From positions 32,001 to 96,000 of the forward strand of contig CBDETK010000013.1 of assembly GCA_965242865.1 (NCBI GenBank): a DNA stretch of 64,000 nucleotides, read 5' to 3'. This document shows positions 19,775 through 30,270 of the stretch, in pieces. Source of the DNA: Candidatus Latescibacterota bacterium (lineage in GTDB: Bacteria > Latescibacterota > UBA2968 > UBA8231). Numbering within the stretch: the first letter of the stretch is position 1; each line of letters opens with the position of its first letter. The notes under the pieces are model-generated. The model saw nothing but the letters and a program-made list of their open reading frames with translations. It had not been told where the DNA came from and did not search any database. The position numbers and the translations under genes were made by a program.

Positions 19775-21769
19775 TCACTGGCCCGGCGCAAACTCTGCTT
19801 CCCAGAGGATGCGATTCTCGATGGCAAGCTGGGCGGTACGGATGCGGTCGATGGCGTAGGCAGGGACGCGGACGAGCACCAGGCACTCGTCGGCAACGCG
19901 CTCACCGCCCCAGTTGAAATGGAAGTCGAGATTTTCAAAATAGTACTGTTTGCGGCCAGCGGGCAGGTCGGCCGGATCGACCGGATAGACGTGTAGCACG
20001 AACTTGGCTTGCACGTCGTCGGGGGCGCAGGGCTGTTTGCGGTACATCAGCGTGCGTCCGGTGCGGTACACGTGCCAGCCAGCGCGGCGGACCTGCTCGT
20101 CGGCCTGCTGGATGCGTTGGTCCACGTAGCGTTGTTTGCGGGCGCGATACCGCGCCGCATCGAACGATTTGGCCGCCGTTACGCGAAATACCACCCCATC
20201 GGATAGCTCGGCCACGGTTTCCACGCCAGGCAGGAAGCGGATGTACATGTCGTTGTAGTCGTACAAAGGCTTTTCATGCTGGAACCAAACGATATGGACG
20301 TCGTCGCCATCGGGCCTCCGCATTATGTACGGCATCACCTCCTTGTGCCTCCTCGGGAGATACTGGTGCCTTCCCAAGTCGGCGGTCTTATCCCAAAACC
20401 AAGCAAGGTGGGCGTTGTTGCTGTAAATCCGGCCCTCGCGAAGGTGGGGCCTGATGTAATCTAGGGTCTCGGAAGATTCCCAGTAGGAGATATTGTACAA
20501 CCCAAACCCGAATTCCAAGGCTCGGGCGGTAAGACGGAGGTTGCTGTGCGCCGAGGCGCCGCCGTGGGCGAGGGCTGCCAGCAAGACGAGCGCCGTCAGA
20601 CCGTAGCGGACAGCAGCCCTCCGACCCACCGCCTCGCTGGACAGCAGCCGGTCCAGCAGCACCACCGCGACCAACAGCAGCGGCACATACACCGGCAGCA
20701 GGTAACGAGCGGGAATCTCAACGGGGATCACGAGCGGCACGATGGCGACCATGAATCCGAGGTAAGCTAGGGCGAACCCCCCGAATGGGAGCACCGGCCC
20801 CAACCCGAAACGATCCTTGCCCTTATTCTCGCCCATCCGCCCTTCCCGCCTATAGCCTAAGCCGAGACCAGACACAACGACGACCAGCCCGGCCGTTATC
20901 CACAGGAGCGGCCCCAACCCGTCTAGCGAATTCGGGGGAATCAACCACTCCCGGAATACCTCCACCACTCGGCTCAGCCCCTCGGCCGGGGACTGCCCGG
21001 ACCCGCTTCTCGGCCCGGTCGGGGTTCCGGCGATAGCCCAGTTGCGCGTCAGCACCCCCGCGAGGGGCAAGGATGCGGTGGCCCCAAACACGCTGGCGTC
21101 TTTCAACCGGGTGGCCAGCGGTGGGGTGCGCCGCACCAGCAGCAGGAGGACACCAGTGCCGATCAGCACTACGCCCGGATAGCGGGTCAGCGCGGCCAGC
21201 GCGGTGCAAACCGCGCCCCACAGCAGCGGCGTCCTTCCGCCGCCATGCAGGAAAGACCCCAATTGAACCAAGGCGAGGAGCGTCAACAGGACGAAGAGGG
21301 GCTCGGTCCTGAATTCGGCCGCCCAATGGCTCAAGGGATAGGAAGCCGCGAGGGTCGCGGTGGCGGCCAGCACGAGCCATCGCGCCTGGAGATGCGAGCG
21401 CAGATAGCACCCTGCGGCGAGGATGGTCAGCCCAAAGGCGGTGGCGTTGATCCACCGACCCGCCGCCAGCGGCTCAATGCCGACCCAACCGAAAGCCGCC
21501 AGCAGCAGGGGGAACAACGGTGGCCATTCCACCAGCGGTCTGCCCATGAAATCCCGCCAGCCCTCGCCGGCGAGGAGGTTCAGGGCCGTGGATAGGAAAA
21601 TTGCGGGGTCGTAGGCGATCACCGCGTCGTAGGGGGTGGCGGTCGCGGTGCGGACGAGGATGTGGGCGGTGCCTAGCCCGGCGATGCCGACGAGGAGCAG
21701 CGTGGAGGGGTCGCGCCCGACCGGCCGATCTGCTTCCTCAATCCTCATAAACTTATTAAAAACAACCAT
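19775..21769 (-). CDS. GT-C family membrane glycosyltransferase, array copy 2
   Basis: Same motifs as copy 1. Middle is near-identical to copy 3 and the 3' end is near-identical to copy 1. Confidence 0.75.
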   Translation of the reverse strand: MVVFNKFMRIEEADRPVGRDPSTLLLVGIAGLGTAHILVRTATATPYDAVIAYDPAIFLSTALNLLAGEGWRDFMGRPLVEWPPLFPLLLAAFGWVGIEPLAAGRWINATAFGLTILAAGCYLRSHLQARWLVLAATATLAASYPLSHWAAEFRTEPLFVLLTLLALVQLGSFLHGGGRTPLLWGAVCTALAALTRYPGVVLIGTGVLLLLVRRTPPLATRLKDASVFGATASLPLAGVLTRNWAIAGTPTGPRSGSGQSPAEGLSRVVEVFREWLIPPNSLDGLGPLLWITAGLVVVVSGLGLGYRREGRMGENKGKDRFGLGPVLPFGGFALAYLGFMVAIVPLVIPVEIPARYLLPVYVPLLLVAVVLLDRLLSSEAVGRRAAVRYGLTALVLLAALAHGGASAHSNLRLTARALEFGFGLYNISYWESSETLDYIRPHLREGRIYSNNAHLAWFWDKTADLGRHQYLPRRHKEVMPYIMRRPDGDDVHIVWFQHEKPLYDYNDMYIRFLPGVETVAELSDGVVFRVTAAKSFDAARYRARKQRYVDQRIQQADEQVRRAGWHVYRTGRTLMYRKQPCAPDDVQAKFVLHVYPVDPADLPAGRKQYYFENLDFHFNWGGERVADECLVLVRVPAYAIDRIRTAQLAIENRILWEAEFAPGQ

Positions 21770-21818
21770 TTAATTCATCCTCATTTTTCGAGTTCCCAAC
21801 GGACTGTATGCAGTGACC

Positions 21819-23831
21819 TTATTCGTCGGGCGCAAACTCTGCTTTCCAGAGGGTGCGGTTCTCGGCGGAAATCCACTGGCCGAGCCGGATGCGGTCAATG
21901 GCGTAGGCGGGGAGGCGGACGATCGCGATACACTCGTCGTCAACGCGCTCGCCGAGCCGGTTGAGATAGAAGTCGAGATTATCAAAATCGTACTGTTTGT
22001 GGTTGGCTAGCAGGTCGGCCAGTGTGTGATCGGCTAGCGGGGTGACCGGCTTGCGGTTGGCTAGCAGGTCGGCCTGATCGACGGGGACGACGTGCAGCAC
22101 GAACTTGGCCTGTACGTCGGCGGGAACGCACGGCTTTTTGCGGTAAATCAGCGTGCGTCCCGTGCGGTACACGCGCCAGCCAGCGCGGCGGACCTGCTCG
22201 TCGGCCTGCTGGATGCGTTGGTCCACGTAGCGTTGTTTGCGGGCGCGATACCGCGCCGCATCGAACGATTTGGCCGCCGTTACGCGAAATACCACCCCAT
22301 CGGATAGCTCGGCCACGGTTTCCACGCCAGGCAGGAAGCGGATGTACATGTCGTTGTAGTCGTACAAAGGCTTTTCATGCTGGAACCAAACGATATGGAC
22401 GTCGTCGCCATCGGGCCTCCGCATTATGTACGGCATCACCTCCTTGTGCCTCCTCGGGAGATACTGGTGCCTTCCCAAGTCGGCGGTCTTATCCCAAAAC
22501 CAAGCAAGGTGGGCGTTGTTGCTGTAAATCCGGCCCTCGCGAAGGTGGGGCCTGATGTAATCTAGGGTCTCGGAAGATTCCCAGTAGGAGATATTGTACA
22601 ACCCAAACCCGAATTCCAAGGCTCGGGCGGTAAGACGGAGGTTGCTGTGCGCCGAGGCGCCGCCGTGGGCGAGGGCTGCCAGCAAGACGAGCGCCGTCAG
22701 ACCGTAGCGGACAGCAGCCCTCCGACCCACCGCCTCGCTGGACAGCAGCCGGTCCAGCAGCACCACCGCGACCAACAGCAGCGGCACATACACCGGCAGC
22801 AGGTAACGAGCGGGAATCTCAACGGGGATCACGAGCGGCACGATGGCGACCATGAATCCGAGGTAAGCTAGGGCGAACCCCCCGAATGGGAGCACCGGCC
22901 CCAACCCGAAACGATCCTTGCCCTTATTCTCGCCCATCCGCCCTTCCCGCCTATAGCCTAAGCCGAGACCAGACACAACGACGACCAGCCCGGCCGTTAT
23001 CCACAGGAGTGGCCCCAACCCGTCTAGCGAATTCGGGGGAATCAACCACTCCCGGAATACCTCCACCACTCGGCTCAGCCCCTCGGCCGGGGACTGCCCG
23101 GACCCGCTTCTCGGCCCGGTCGGGGTTCCGGCGATAGCCCAGTTGCGCGTCAGCACCCCCGCGAGGGGCAAGGATGCGGTGGCCCCAAACACGCTGGCGT
23201 CTTTCAACCGGGTGGCCAGCGGTGGGGTGCGCCGCACCAGCAGCAGGAGGACACCAGTGCCGATCAGCACTACGCCCGGATAGCGGGTCAGCGCGGCCAG
23301 CGCGGTGCAAACCGCGCCCCACAGCAGCGGCGTCCTTCCGCCGCCATGCAGGAAAGACCCCAATTGAACCAAGGCGAGGAGCGTCAACAGGACGAAGAGG
23401 GAGTCGGTCAAGAAGCGCGACGCTAAATGGCTCAAGGGCAGAGAAGCCGCGAGGGTCGCGGTGGCGGCCAGCACGAGCCATCGCGCCTGGAGATGCGAGC
23501 GCAGATAGCACCCTGCGGCGAGGATGGTCAGCCCAAAGGCGGTGGCGTTGATCCACCGACCCGCCGCCAGCGGCTCAATGCCGACCCAACCGAAAGCCGC
23601 CAGCAGCAGGGGGAACAACGGTGGCCATTCCACCAGCGGTCTGCCCATGAAATCCCGCCAGCCCTCGCCGGCGAGGAGGTTCAGGGCCGTGGACAGGAAA
23701 ATTGCAGAGTCATAGGAGATCGCCGCGCCGTAGGTGGCGGTGCGGACGAGGATGTGGGCGGTGCCCAGCCCGGCGATGCCGACGAGGAGCAGCGTGGAGG
23801 GGTCGCGCCCGAACCGGGTCATCCACTCCAT
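21819..23831 (-). CDS. GT-C family membrane glycosyltransferase, array copy 3
   Basis: Same motifs. Start placed at ATG 23831 after a GGGAGGAGG RBS; the longer predicted ORF overlaps copy 4. Confidence 0.75.
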   Translation of the reverse strand: MEWMTRFGRDPSTLLLVGIAGLGTAHILVRTATYGAAISYDSAIFLSTALNLLAGEGWRDFMGRPLVEWPPLFPLLLAAFGWVGIEPLAAGRWINATAFGLTILAAGCYLRSHLQARWLVLAATATLAASLPLSHLASRFLTDSLFVLLTLLALVQLGSFLHGGGRTPLLWGAVCTALAALTRYPGVVLIGTGVLLLLVRRTPPLATRLKDASVFGATASLPLAGVLTRNWAIAGTPTGPRSGSGQSPAEGLSRVVEVFREWLIPPNSLDGLGPLLWITAGLVVVVSGLGLGYRREGRMGENKGKDRFGLGPVLPFGGFALAYLGFMVAIVPLVIPVEIPARYLLPVYVPLLLVAVVLLDRLLSSEAVGRRAAVRYGLTALVLLAALAHGGASAHSNLRLTARALEFGFGLYNISYWESSETLDYIRPHLREGRIYSNNAHLAWFWDKTADLGRHQYLPRRHKEVMPYIMRRPDGDDVHIVWFQHEKPLYDYNDMYIRFLPGVETVAELSDGVVFRVTAAKSFDAARYRARKQRYVDQRIQQADEQVRRAGWRVYRTGRTLIYRKKPCVPADVQAKFVLHVVPVDQADLLANRKPVTPLADHTLADLLANHKQYDFDNLDFYLNRLGERVDDECIAIVRLPAYAIDRIRLGQWISAENRTLWKAEFAPDE

Positions 23832-23871
23832 GGCGGAGGACCTCCTCCCGATAAATTCAGCAAGCACAATA

Positions 23872-25806
23872 TCACCGGCTTGGCGCAAACTCTGCTTCCC
23901 AGAGGGTGCGGTCTTCGGCGGAAATCCACTGGCCGAGCCGGATGCGGTCAATGGCGTAGGCGGGGAGGCGGACGATAGCGATACACTCGTCGTCAACGCG
24001 CTCGCCGCGCCAGTCGAAATAGAAGTCGAGGTTGTCAAAGCCGTGCTGTTTGCGGTCAGCGGGCAGGTCGGCCCGACCGACGGGGACGACGTGCAGGACG
24101 AACTTGGCCTGCACGTCGGCGGGAACGCATGGCTTTTTGCGGTAGGTCAGCCGGCGTCCCGTGCGATACACGTGCCAGCCAGCGCGGCGCACCTGCTCGT
24201 CGGCCTGGTGGATGAGTTGGTTCACGTAGCGTTGTTTGCGGGCGCGATGCCGGTTCGCATCGAACGGTTCGGCCTCCATGCGGCGGAAGACCGTGCCGTC
24301 GGCCAGTTCGGCCACGATTTCCATGCCGGACAGGACCCGGAGGTCCGTGTCGTCGTGGGTTTTTCGATAGCGCTTATGGAACCTGTCAAGCCAAACGATA
24401 TACGCCTCGGCCTCGATTTCGGTCCACCGTATCAGGCGCTTTTGGTACTTTCCCGGAGCGGCGGTCTTATCCGCAAACCAGAGAAGGTCCGCTCTGTTGC
24501 TATAGATCCTGCCCTTGATGGGGTTCTCCCGGAGGTAATTCAGGGTCTCGGACTGGTGCCAATAGGCGGCGTTGAACGACCAGTCTGTGTACCCGGCGTC
24601 CCATGCTTGGGCGGTACGCCGGCGGTTTTCGCGCGCCGAGTAGCCGACGTGAGCGAGGGTGGCGAGCACGACGAGGGCCGCCAGCCCATAGCGGCTAGCA
24701 GCCATCCAGCCCGTTGCCTCAATGGACAGGAATCGGTCCAGCAGCACCACCGCCGTCAACAGCAGCGGCACGTACATCGGCAGTAGGAAGCGGCTGACGA
24801 TGCTCTGAGGAATCGTGAAGGGCACGACCGCGACGATGAATGCGAGGTAAATCAAGGCGAACCCCCCGAAAGGGAGCACCGGCCCCAAGCGGACATACGC
24901 CAGCGCGGCCTCAGGGGCGGTGCGGTGCATTCGGCGAGCGTGCAGGATGACCGCCGCGCCGGCCAGCCCGACCGCTACGACCGCGAGCCCCAGCAGATAC
25001 GCGAGCCCTTCCGGCGCGTTCGGGGGGACGACCCACTCGCGGAATACATCGACAGTCTGGTGCAGCCCAGCGGATAGGGACTGCCCCGAAGTTCTTCTGC
25101 TCCCTGTTGCTCGGGTCAGGTCTCCGGCAATAGCCCAATTGCGCGCCAATACCGCCAGCAAGGGCAGGGACGAGACCGCGCCAAAGACGAAGGTTTGCTT
25201 CCATCGGGCGAGGGGTAGCAGCAGGACGCCGGTGCCGATTAGGGCCACGCCCGGATAGCGGGTCAGCGCGGTCAGCGCGGTAAAAATCGCCGCCCACCAC
25301 AAGGGCGCGACCGTCCGCTCGGTGAGGAAGGACGCCAATTGAATCAAGGCGAGCAGCGTCAACAGGACGAAAAGAGGCTCCGTAAAGAAGCTCGACGCGC
25401 AATGGCTCAAGGGCAGAGAAGCCGCGATGGTCGCGGTGGCGGCCAACCCCAGCCACCGCGACCTAAGATTCGAGCGCAGATAGTCGCCCGCGGCGAGGAT
25501 GGTCAGCCCAAAGGCGGTGGCGTTGATCCACCGCCCTGCCACCAGCGGCTCAATGCCGACCCAACCAAAGGCCGCCAGCAGCAGGGGGAACAACGGCGGC
25601 CAATGCAACAGCGGGAGGTCCCTGAAATCTCGCCAGCCTTCTCCCGCGAGGAAGTTCATGGCGGTGGACAGGAAATATGTGGAGTCCTCGCCGATGGCCG
25701 CGCCGTAGGTGGCGGTGCGGACGAGGATGTGGGCGGTGCCCAGCCCGGCGATGCCGACGAGGAGCAGCGTGGAGTGGTCGCGCCCGAACCGGGTCATCCA
25801 CTCCAT
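23872..25806 (-). CDS. GT-C family membrane glycosyltransferase, array copy 4
   Basis: Same motifs. Start placed at ATG 25806 after a GGGAGGAGG RBS. Confidence 0.75.
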   Translation of the reverse strand: MEWMTRFGRDHSTLLLVGIAGLGTAHILVRTATYGAAIGEDSTYFLSTAMNFLAGEGWRDFRDLPLLHWPPLFPLLLAAFGWVGIEPLVAGRWINATAFGLTILAAGDYLRSNLRSRWLGLAATATIAASLPLSHCASSFFTEPLFVLLTLLALIQLASFLTERTVAPLWWAAIFTALTALTRYPGVALIGTGVLLLPLARWKQTFVFGAVSSLPLLAVLARNWAIAGDLTRATGSRRTSGQSLSAGLHQTVDVFREWVVPPNAPEGLAYLLGLAVVAVGLAGAAVILHARRMHRTAPEAALAYVRLGPVLPFGGFALIYLAFIVAVVPFTIPQSIVSRFLLPMYVPLLLTAVVLLDRFLSIEATGWMAASRYGLAALVVLATLAHVGYSARENRRRTAQAWDAGYTDWSFNAAYWHQSETLNYLRENPIKGRIYSNRADLLWFADKTAAPGKYQKRLIRWTEIEAEAYIVWLDRFHKRYRKTHDDTDLRVLSGMEIVAELADGTVFRRMEAEPFDANRHRARKQRYVNQLIHQADEQVRRAGWHVYRTGRRLTYRKKPCVPADVQAKFVLHVVPVGRADLPADRKQHGFDNLDFYFDWRGERVDDECIAIVRLPAYAIDRIRLGQWISAEDRTLWEAEFAPSR

Positions 25807-25846
25807 GGCGGAGCACCTCCTCCCAATAAATTCAGTAAGAACAATA

Positions 25847-27838
25847 TCACCGGCTTGGCGCAAACTCTGCTTCCCAGAGGGTGCGGTCTTCGGCGGAAAT
25901 CCACTGGCCGAGCCAGATGCGGTCAATGGCGTAGGCGGGGAGGCGGACGATCGCGATACACTCGTCGTCAACGCGCTCGCCGCGCCAGTCGAAAGAGAAG
26001 TCGAGGTTGTCAAAGCCGTACCGCTTGCGCTTGGCTGGCAGGTCGGCCCGGTCGACAGGGACGATGTGCAGGACGAACTTGGCCTGCACATCGGCGGGAA
26101 CGCACGGCTTTTTGCGGTAGGTCAGCCGGCGTCCCGTGCGATACACGTGCCAGCCGGCGCGGCGCACCTGCTCGTCGGCCTGGTGGATGAGTTGGTTCAC
26201 GTAGCGTTGCTTGCGGGCGCGATGCCGGCCCGCCTCAAAGGGTTCGGCGGCCGTGCGGCGGAAGACCGTGCCGTCGGCCAGTTCGGCCACGATTTCCATG
26301 CCGGACAGGACCCGGAGGTCTGTGTCGTCGTAGGCTTTTATATATCGTTTATAGAATTTGTCAAGCCAAACGATATGCGCCCCGGCCTCGATTTCGGGCC
26401 ACCACATCATGGTCCTTTGGTGCTTTCCCGGAGCGGTGGTCCTATCCGCAAACCAGAGAAGGCTCGCTCTGTTGCTATAGATCCTGCCCTTGATGGGATT
26501 CTCCCGGAGGTAATTCAGGGTCTCAGCCCAGTGCCAATAGGCGGTGTTGAACGTGTCTGGGTTGTGGTTGTACCCGGCACCGTCCCATGCTTGGGCGGTA
26601 CGCCAGCGGTTTTCGCGCGCCGAGTAGCCGACGTGGGCGAGGGTGGCGAGCACGACGAGGGCCGCCAGCCCATAGCGGCGGCCGGCAGCCATCCAGCCCG
26701 TTGCCTCGATGGACAGGAAGCGGTCCAGCAGCACCACCGCCGTCAACAGCAGCGGCACGTACATCGGCAGCAGGAAGCGGCTTTGGATTTTCTCGAAAAT
26801 CAGGAAGGGCACGACCGCGAGGATGAATGCGAGGTAAATCAAGGCGAATCCCCCGAAAAGGAGCACCGGCCCCAAGCAGACATACGCCAGCGCAGGCTCG
26901 GAGGCGGCGCGGTGCATTCGGCGAGCGTGCAGGATGACCGCCGCGCCGGCCAGCCCGACCGCCACGACCGCGAGCCCCAGCAGATACGCGAGCCCTTCCG
27001 GCGCGTTCGGGGGAACGACCCACTCGCGGAATACATCGACAGTCGGGTGCAACTCAGCGAATAGGGACCGTGAGAAAATTTTCCTTTCTCCCGTTGCCTG
27101 GGTCAGGTCTCCGGTAATAGCCCAATTGCGCGCCAATACCGCCAGCAAGGGCAGGGACGAGACCGCGCCAAAGACGAAGGTTTGCTTCCATCGGGCGAGG
27201 GGTAGCAGCAGGACGCCGGTGCCGATTAGGGCCACGCCCGGCCAGCGGGTCAGCGTGGCCAGCGCGGTGTAAACCGCGCCCCACAGCAGGGACGTCCGCC
27301 CGCCGCGATGTAGGAAAGACTCCAACTGAATCAAGGCGAGAAGCACGAACAAGCAGAAGAGGGAGTCGGTCATGAGGCTCGACGCGAGATCGTTCAAGGG
27401 CAGGGAGGCCGCAATGATTGCAGTGGCGGCCAGTGCCAGCCAGCGCGCCCGGAGATGCGAGCGCAGCCAACCCCCCGCGACGAGGATGGTTAACCCGAAG
27501 GCCATGGCGTTGATCCACCGCCCTGCCGCCAGCGGCTCAATGCCAACCCAACCTGAGGCCGCCAGCAGCAGGGGGAACAAGGGCGGCCAATACAACAGCG
27601 GGAGGTCCCTGAAATCTCGCCAGCCTTCTCCCGCGAGGAAGTTCATGGCGGTGGACAAGAAAACTGTGGAATCGGAGCCGACCGCGGGGCCATAGGTGGC
27701 GGTGCGGACGAGGATGTGCACGGTGCCCAGCACGGAGAGCAAGGCGATGAGCAGCGCGAAGCGGTCGTGCCGGAACTTGGCTATCCACTTCTCCGTGGAG
27801 CCGGCAACCAATTTCCTCATTTTATTCACAACAATCAC
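25847..27838 (-). CDS. GT-C family membrane glycosyltransferase, array copy 5
   Basis: Same motifs. C-terminal two-thirds is closely similar to copy 4. Confidence 0.75.
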   Translation of the reverse strand: MIVVNKMRKLVAGSTEKWIAKFRHDRFALLIALLSVLGTVHILVRTATYGPAVGSDSTVFLSTAMNFLAGEGWRDFRDLPLLYWPPLFPLLLAASGWVGIEPLAAGRWINAMAFGLTILVAGGWLRSHLRARWLALAATAIIAASLPLNDLASSLMTDSLFCLFVLLALIQLESFLHRGGRTSLLWGAVYTALATLTRWPGVALIGTGVLLLPLARWKQTFVFGAVSSLPLLAVLARNWAITGDLTQATGERKIFSRSLFAELHPTVDVFREWVVPPNAPEGLAYLLGLAVVAVGLAGAAVILHARRMHRAASEPALAYVCLGPVLLFGGFALIYLAFILAVVPFLIFEKIQSRFLLPMYVPLLLTAVVLLDRFLSIEATGWMAAGRRYGLAALVVLATLAHVGYSARENRWRTAQAWDGAGYNHNPDTFNTAYWHWAETLNYLRENPIKGRIYSNRASLLWFADRTTAPGKHQRTMMWWPEIEAGAHIVWLDKFYKRYIKAYDDTDLRVLSGMEIVAELADGTVFRRTAAEPFEAGRHRARKQRYVNQLIHQADEQVRRAGWHVYRTGRRLTYRKKPCVPADVQAKFVLHIVPVDRADLPAKRKRYGFDNLDFSFDWRGERVDDECIAIVRLPAYAIDRIWLGQWISAEDRTLWEAEFAPSR

Positions 27839-27865
27839 TTACGTCGTTATCCTTAGATGTTTCAA

Positions 27866-30019
27866 TCACCGGCCCGGCGCAAACTCTACTTCCCAAACCG
27901 TGCGGTTCTCGTTGGAAATTCGCTGACCGACCCGGATGCGGGCGACAGGGTAATCGGGCAGATGCGCGATAGCGATACACTGATCGTCGCGCCGGACGCC
28001 GTGCCGGTCGAAATAGAAGCCGAGATTGTCATCTGTGCTAACGACTGATGACGCGAAGTATTTTGAGGTTAGCATGCCGCGCCGGTCGAAATAGAAGCCG
28101 AGATTGTCATCTGTGCTAACGACTGATGACGCGAAGTATTTTGAGGTTAGCATGCCGCGCCGGTCGAAATAGAAGCCGAGATTGTCATAGCCGTACCGCT
28201 TGCGGGAGCTGGAAAGGTCTTTCGGGTCGGCCGGGATGACGCGCAAAACGAACTTCCCCTGCGTGTCCGCGGGGACACACGGCTTTTTGAGGTACGTCAG
28301 CTTGCGTCCGTTGCGATACACGTCCCAGTCCGAGCGGACCACCCGCTCGCCAACCTGTTCGAGGAGTTGGGCTAAGTAGCGTTGCTTCCGGGCGCGATGC
28401 CTTTCCACATCGAAAGGCTCGGCCGCCGCCGTTACGCGGAACACCACGCCATCGGACAGCTCGGCCACAGTTTCCACGCCGGGCAGGCAGCGGACATCCA
28501 GCTCGTCGTAGTAGTAAAATTTTTCATTCTGGAGCCAAACGATATGCGTGCCGTCGGGCCATCGCATTATGAGTGGCATCAACTTGTGAATCCTGACCAG
28601 CGGGAGATACTGGTGCTTTCCCGGGGCGGCGGTCTTATCCCAAAACCAAGTAAGATAAGGATTGTTGCTGTAAACCGGGCCCTCGTTAAGGTGGGTCCTG
28701 ATGTAATTCAGGGTCTCGGAAGGTTCCCAATAGGAGCCATTGAACGTCCAGCTTTTGAACCCGGCTCTCCATGCTTTGGCGGTAATGCGGAGGTGCCTGT
28801 GCGCCGAGAAACCGCCGTGGACGAGAGCCCCCAGCACGACGAGGGACGCGAGACCGCAGCGGACAGCGGCCCTCCGGCTCGCTGCCTCAATGGACAGGAA
28901 CCGATCCAGCAGCAACGCCGCCAGCAGCAGCAACGGCACGTATATCGGCAGCAGGTAGCGGGTGTCGATGGCCTGAGCAACCGTAAAGGGCGCGACCGCG
29001 ACGATGAATACGAAGTAGATCAAGGCGAATACCCCAAAAGGGATCGCCGGCCCCAAATGAAAATGCACCGCTGCGGCCTCTGAGTCCGGCCGACGACCGC
29101 GAAGGACGACCGCGGCGCCGGCTAGCCCGACCAACCCGACCACCAGCCACAGCAAATACGCGACCCCATCCGGCGCGTTCGGGGGGACGACCCACTCGCG
29201 GAACACCTCGACGATCTGGCGCAGCCCATCGGATAGGGACTGCCGCGAGATCACATCCCTTTCTCCCGTTGCCCGGGTCAGGTCCCCGGCGACCACCCAA
29301 TTGCGTACCATTACCGCCAGCATGGGCAGGGACGAGACCGCACCAAAAACGAGGATTTGCTTTCGCCGGGCGCGGGGCCACAGCACGAGGACGCCGGTGC
29401 CGATCAGCACCACGCCTGGCCAGCGGGTCAGCCCGGCCAGCGCAGTGCAAGCCGCCGCCCACCACAGGGATGCGTCTGTCCGCCGGTGGAGGAAGGCTGC
29501 TAATTGGGTCAAGGCGAGGAGCGCAAACAAGCAGAAGAGCGGCTCAGTCAAGAAGCGCGATGCGAGTTCGCTCAGGGGCAGGGAAGCCGCGATGGTCGCA
29601 GTCGCGGCCAGTGCCAGCCACTGCGACCGGAGATTCGAGCGTAGCCAGCACCCGGCGGCGAGGATGGTCAGCCCAAAGGCGATGGCGTTGACGAACCGAC
29701 CCATCGCTACCGGCTCGATGCCAACCCAACCGCCGGCCATCAGCAGCAGGGGGAACAGGGGCGGCCATCCTATTATTGAAAAGCCCGAGAAATCCCGCCA
29801 GCCCTCTCCGGCGAGGACGTTCATGGCCGTAGATAGGACAATTGAGGAGTCCCGGGTAGCTGCTAGGCCGTAGGTGGCGGTGCGGACGAGGATGTGGGCA
29901 GTGCCCAGCCCGGCGATGCAGGCGATGAGCAGCGCGAAGGGGTCGCGCCGCAACCGGGTGATCCACTCAAATGCGGCGAGGGTAAATCTATCTCTCATAA
30001 ATTTAGTAAAAACAATCAT
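27866..30019 (-). CDS. GT-C family membrane glycosyltransferase, array copy 6
   Basis: Same motifs. Carries an internal 78-bp tandem duplication in the C-terminal domain. Confidence 0.75.
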   Translation of the reverse strand: MIVFTKFMRDRFTLAAFEWITRLRRDPFALLIACIAGLGTAHILVRTATYGLAATRDSSIVLSTAMNVLAGEGWRDFSGFSIIGWPPLFPLLLMAGGWVGIEPVAMGRFVNAIAFGLTILAAGCWLRSNLRSQWLALAATATIAASLPLSELASRFLTEPLFCLFALLALTQLAAFLHRRTDASLWWAAACTALAGLTRWPGVVLIGTGVLVLWPRARRKQILVFGAVSSLPMLAVMVRNWVVAGDLTRATGERDVISRQSLSDGLRQIVEVFREWVVPPNAPDGVAYLLWLVVGLVGLAGAAVVLRGRRPDSEAAAVHFHLGPAIPFGVFALIYFVFIVAVAPFTVAQAIDTRYLLPIYVPLLLLAALLLDRFLSIEAASRRAAVRCGLASLVVLGALVHGGFSAHRHLRITAKAWRAGFKSWTFNGSYWEPSETLNYIRTHLNEGPVYSNNPYLTWFWDKTAAPGKHQYLPLVRIHKLMPLIMRWPDGTHIVWLQNEKFYYYDELDVRCLPGVETVAELSDGVVFRVTAAAEPFDVERHRARKQRYLAQLLEQVGERVVRSDWDVYRNGRKLTYLKKPCVPADTQGKFVLRVIPADPKDLSSSRKRYGYDNLGFYFDRRGMLTSKYFASSVVSTDDNLGFYFDRRGMLTSKYFASSVVSTDDNLGFYFDRHGVRRDDQCIAIAHLPDYPVARIRVGQRISNENRTVWEVEFAPGR
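28003..28188. repeat. 78-bp in-frame tandem repeat (~2.4 copies)
   Basis: GCCGGTCGAAATAGAAGCCGAGATTGTCAT at 28003, 28081 and 28159, with two identical intervening segments. Confidence 0.9.
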
Positions 30020-30270
30020 TCACGTCGGTATCTTTTCTCGTTGCCATGCGACAAAAATTAACAATACTCAATCAAGATGCAATGACCGGGCCGATCAATC
30101 GCTATTATCCGGGCGCGGCCTGCCATAAGCAACCGGACGAGCTAGATTTTTGCCAATAGGTCTCCCAATGGCTTCGATCATTGCTGCAAGGAAGAATAGT
30201 TGTATTTGGCGGGTCATTTGACTACATTTGCAACCCCTCGTTCATCATCCACCTACCCAAGGAGGTAGCC

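Noticed and set aside
23832-26091. N-terminal extensions of predicted ORFs 21819-24038 and 23872-26091
   Set aside because: They overlap the upstream paralog's 3' end in another frame. Strong RBS-ATG starts exist at 23831 and 25806.
28003-28188. Mini-CRISPR (three 30-bp repeats)
   Set aside because: The two 'spacers' are identical and the structure lies in frame within a CDS.
17677-30019. Diversity-generating retroelement (TR/VR pair)
   Set aside because: Differences between copies are not adenine-specific, and there is no reverse transcriptase in the window.
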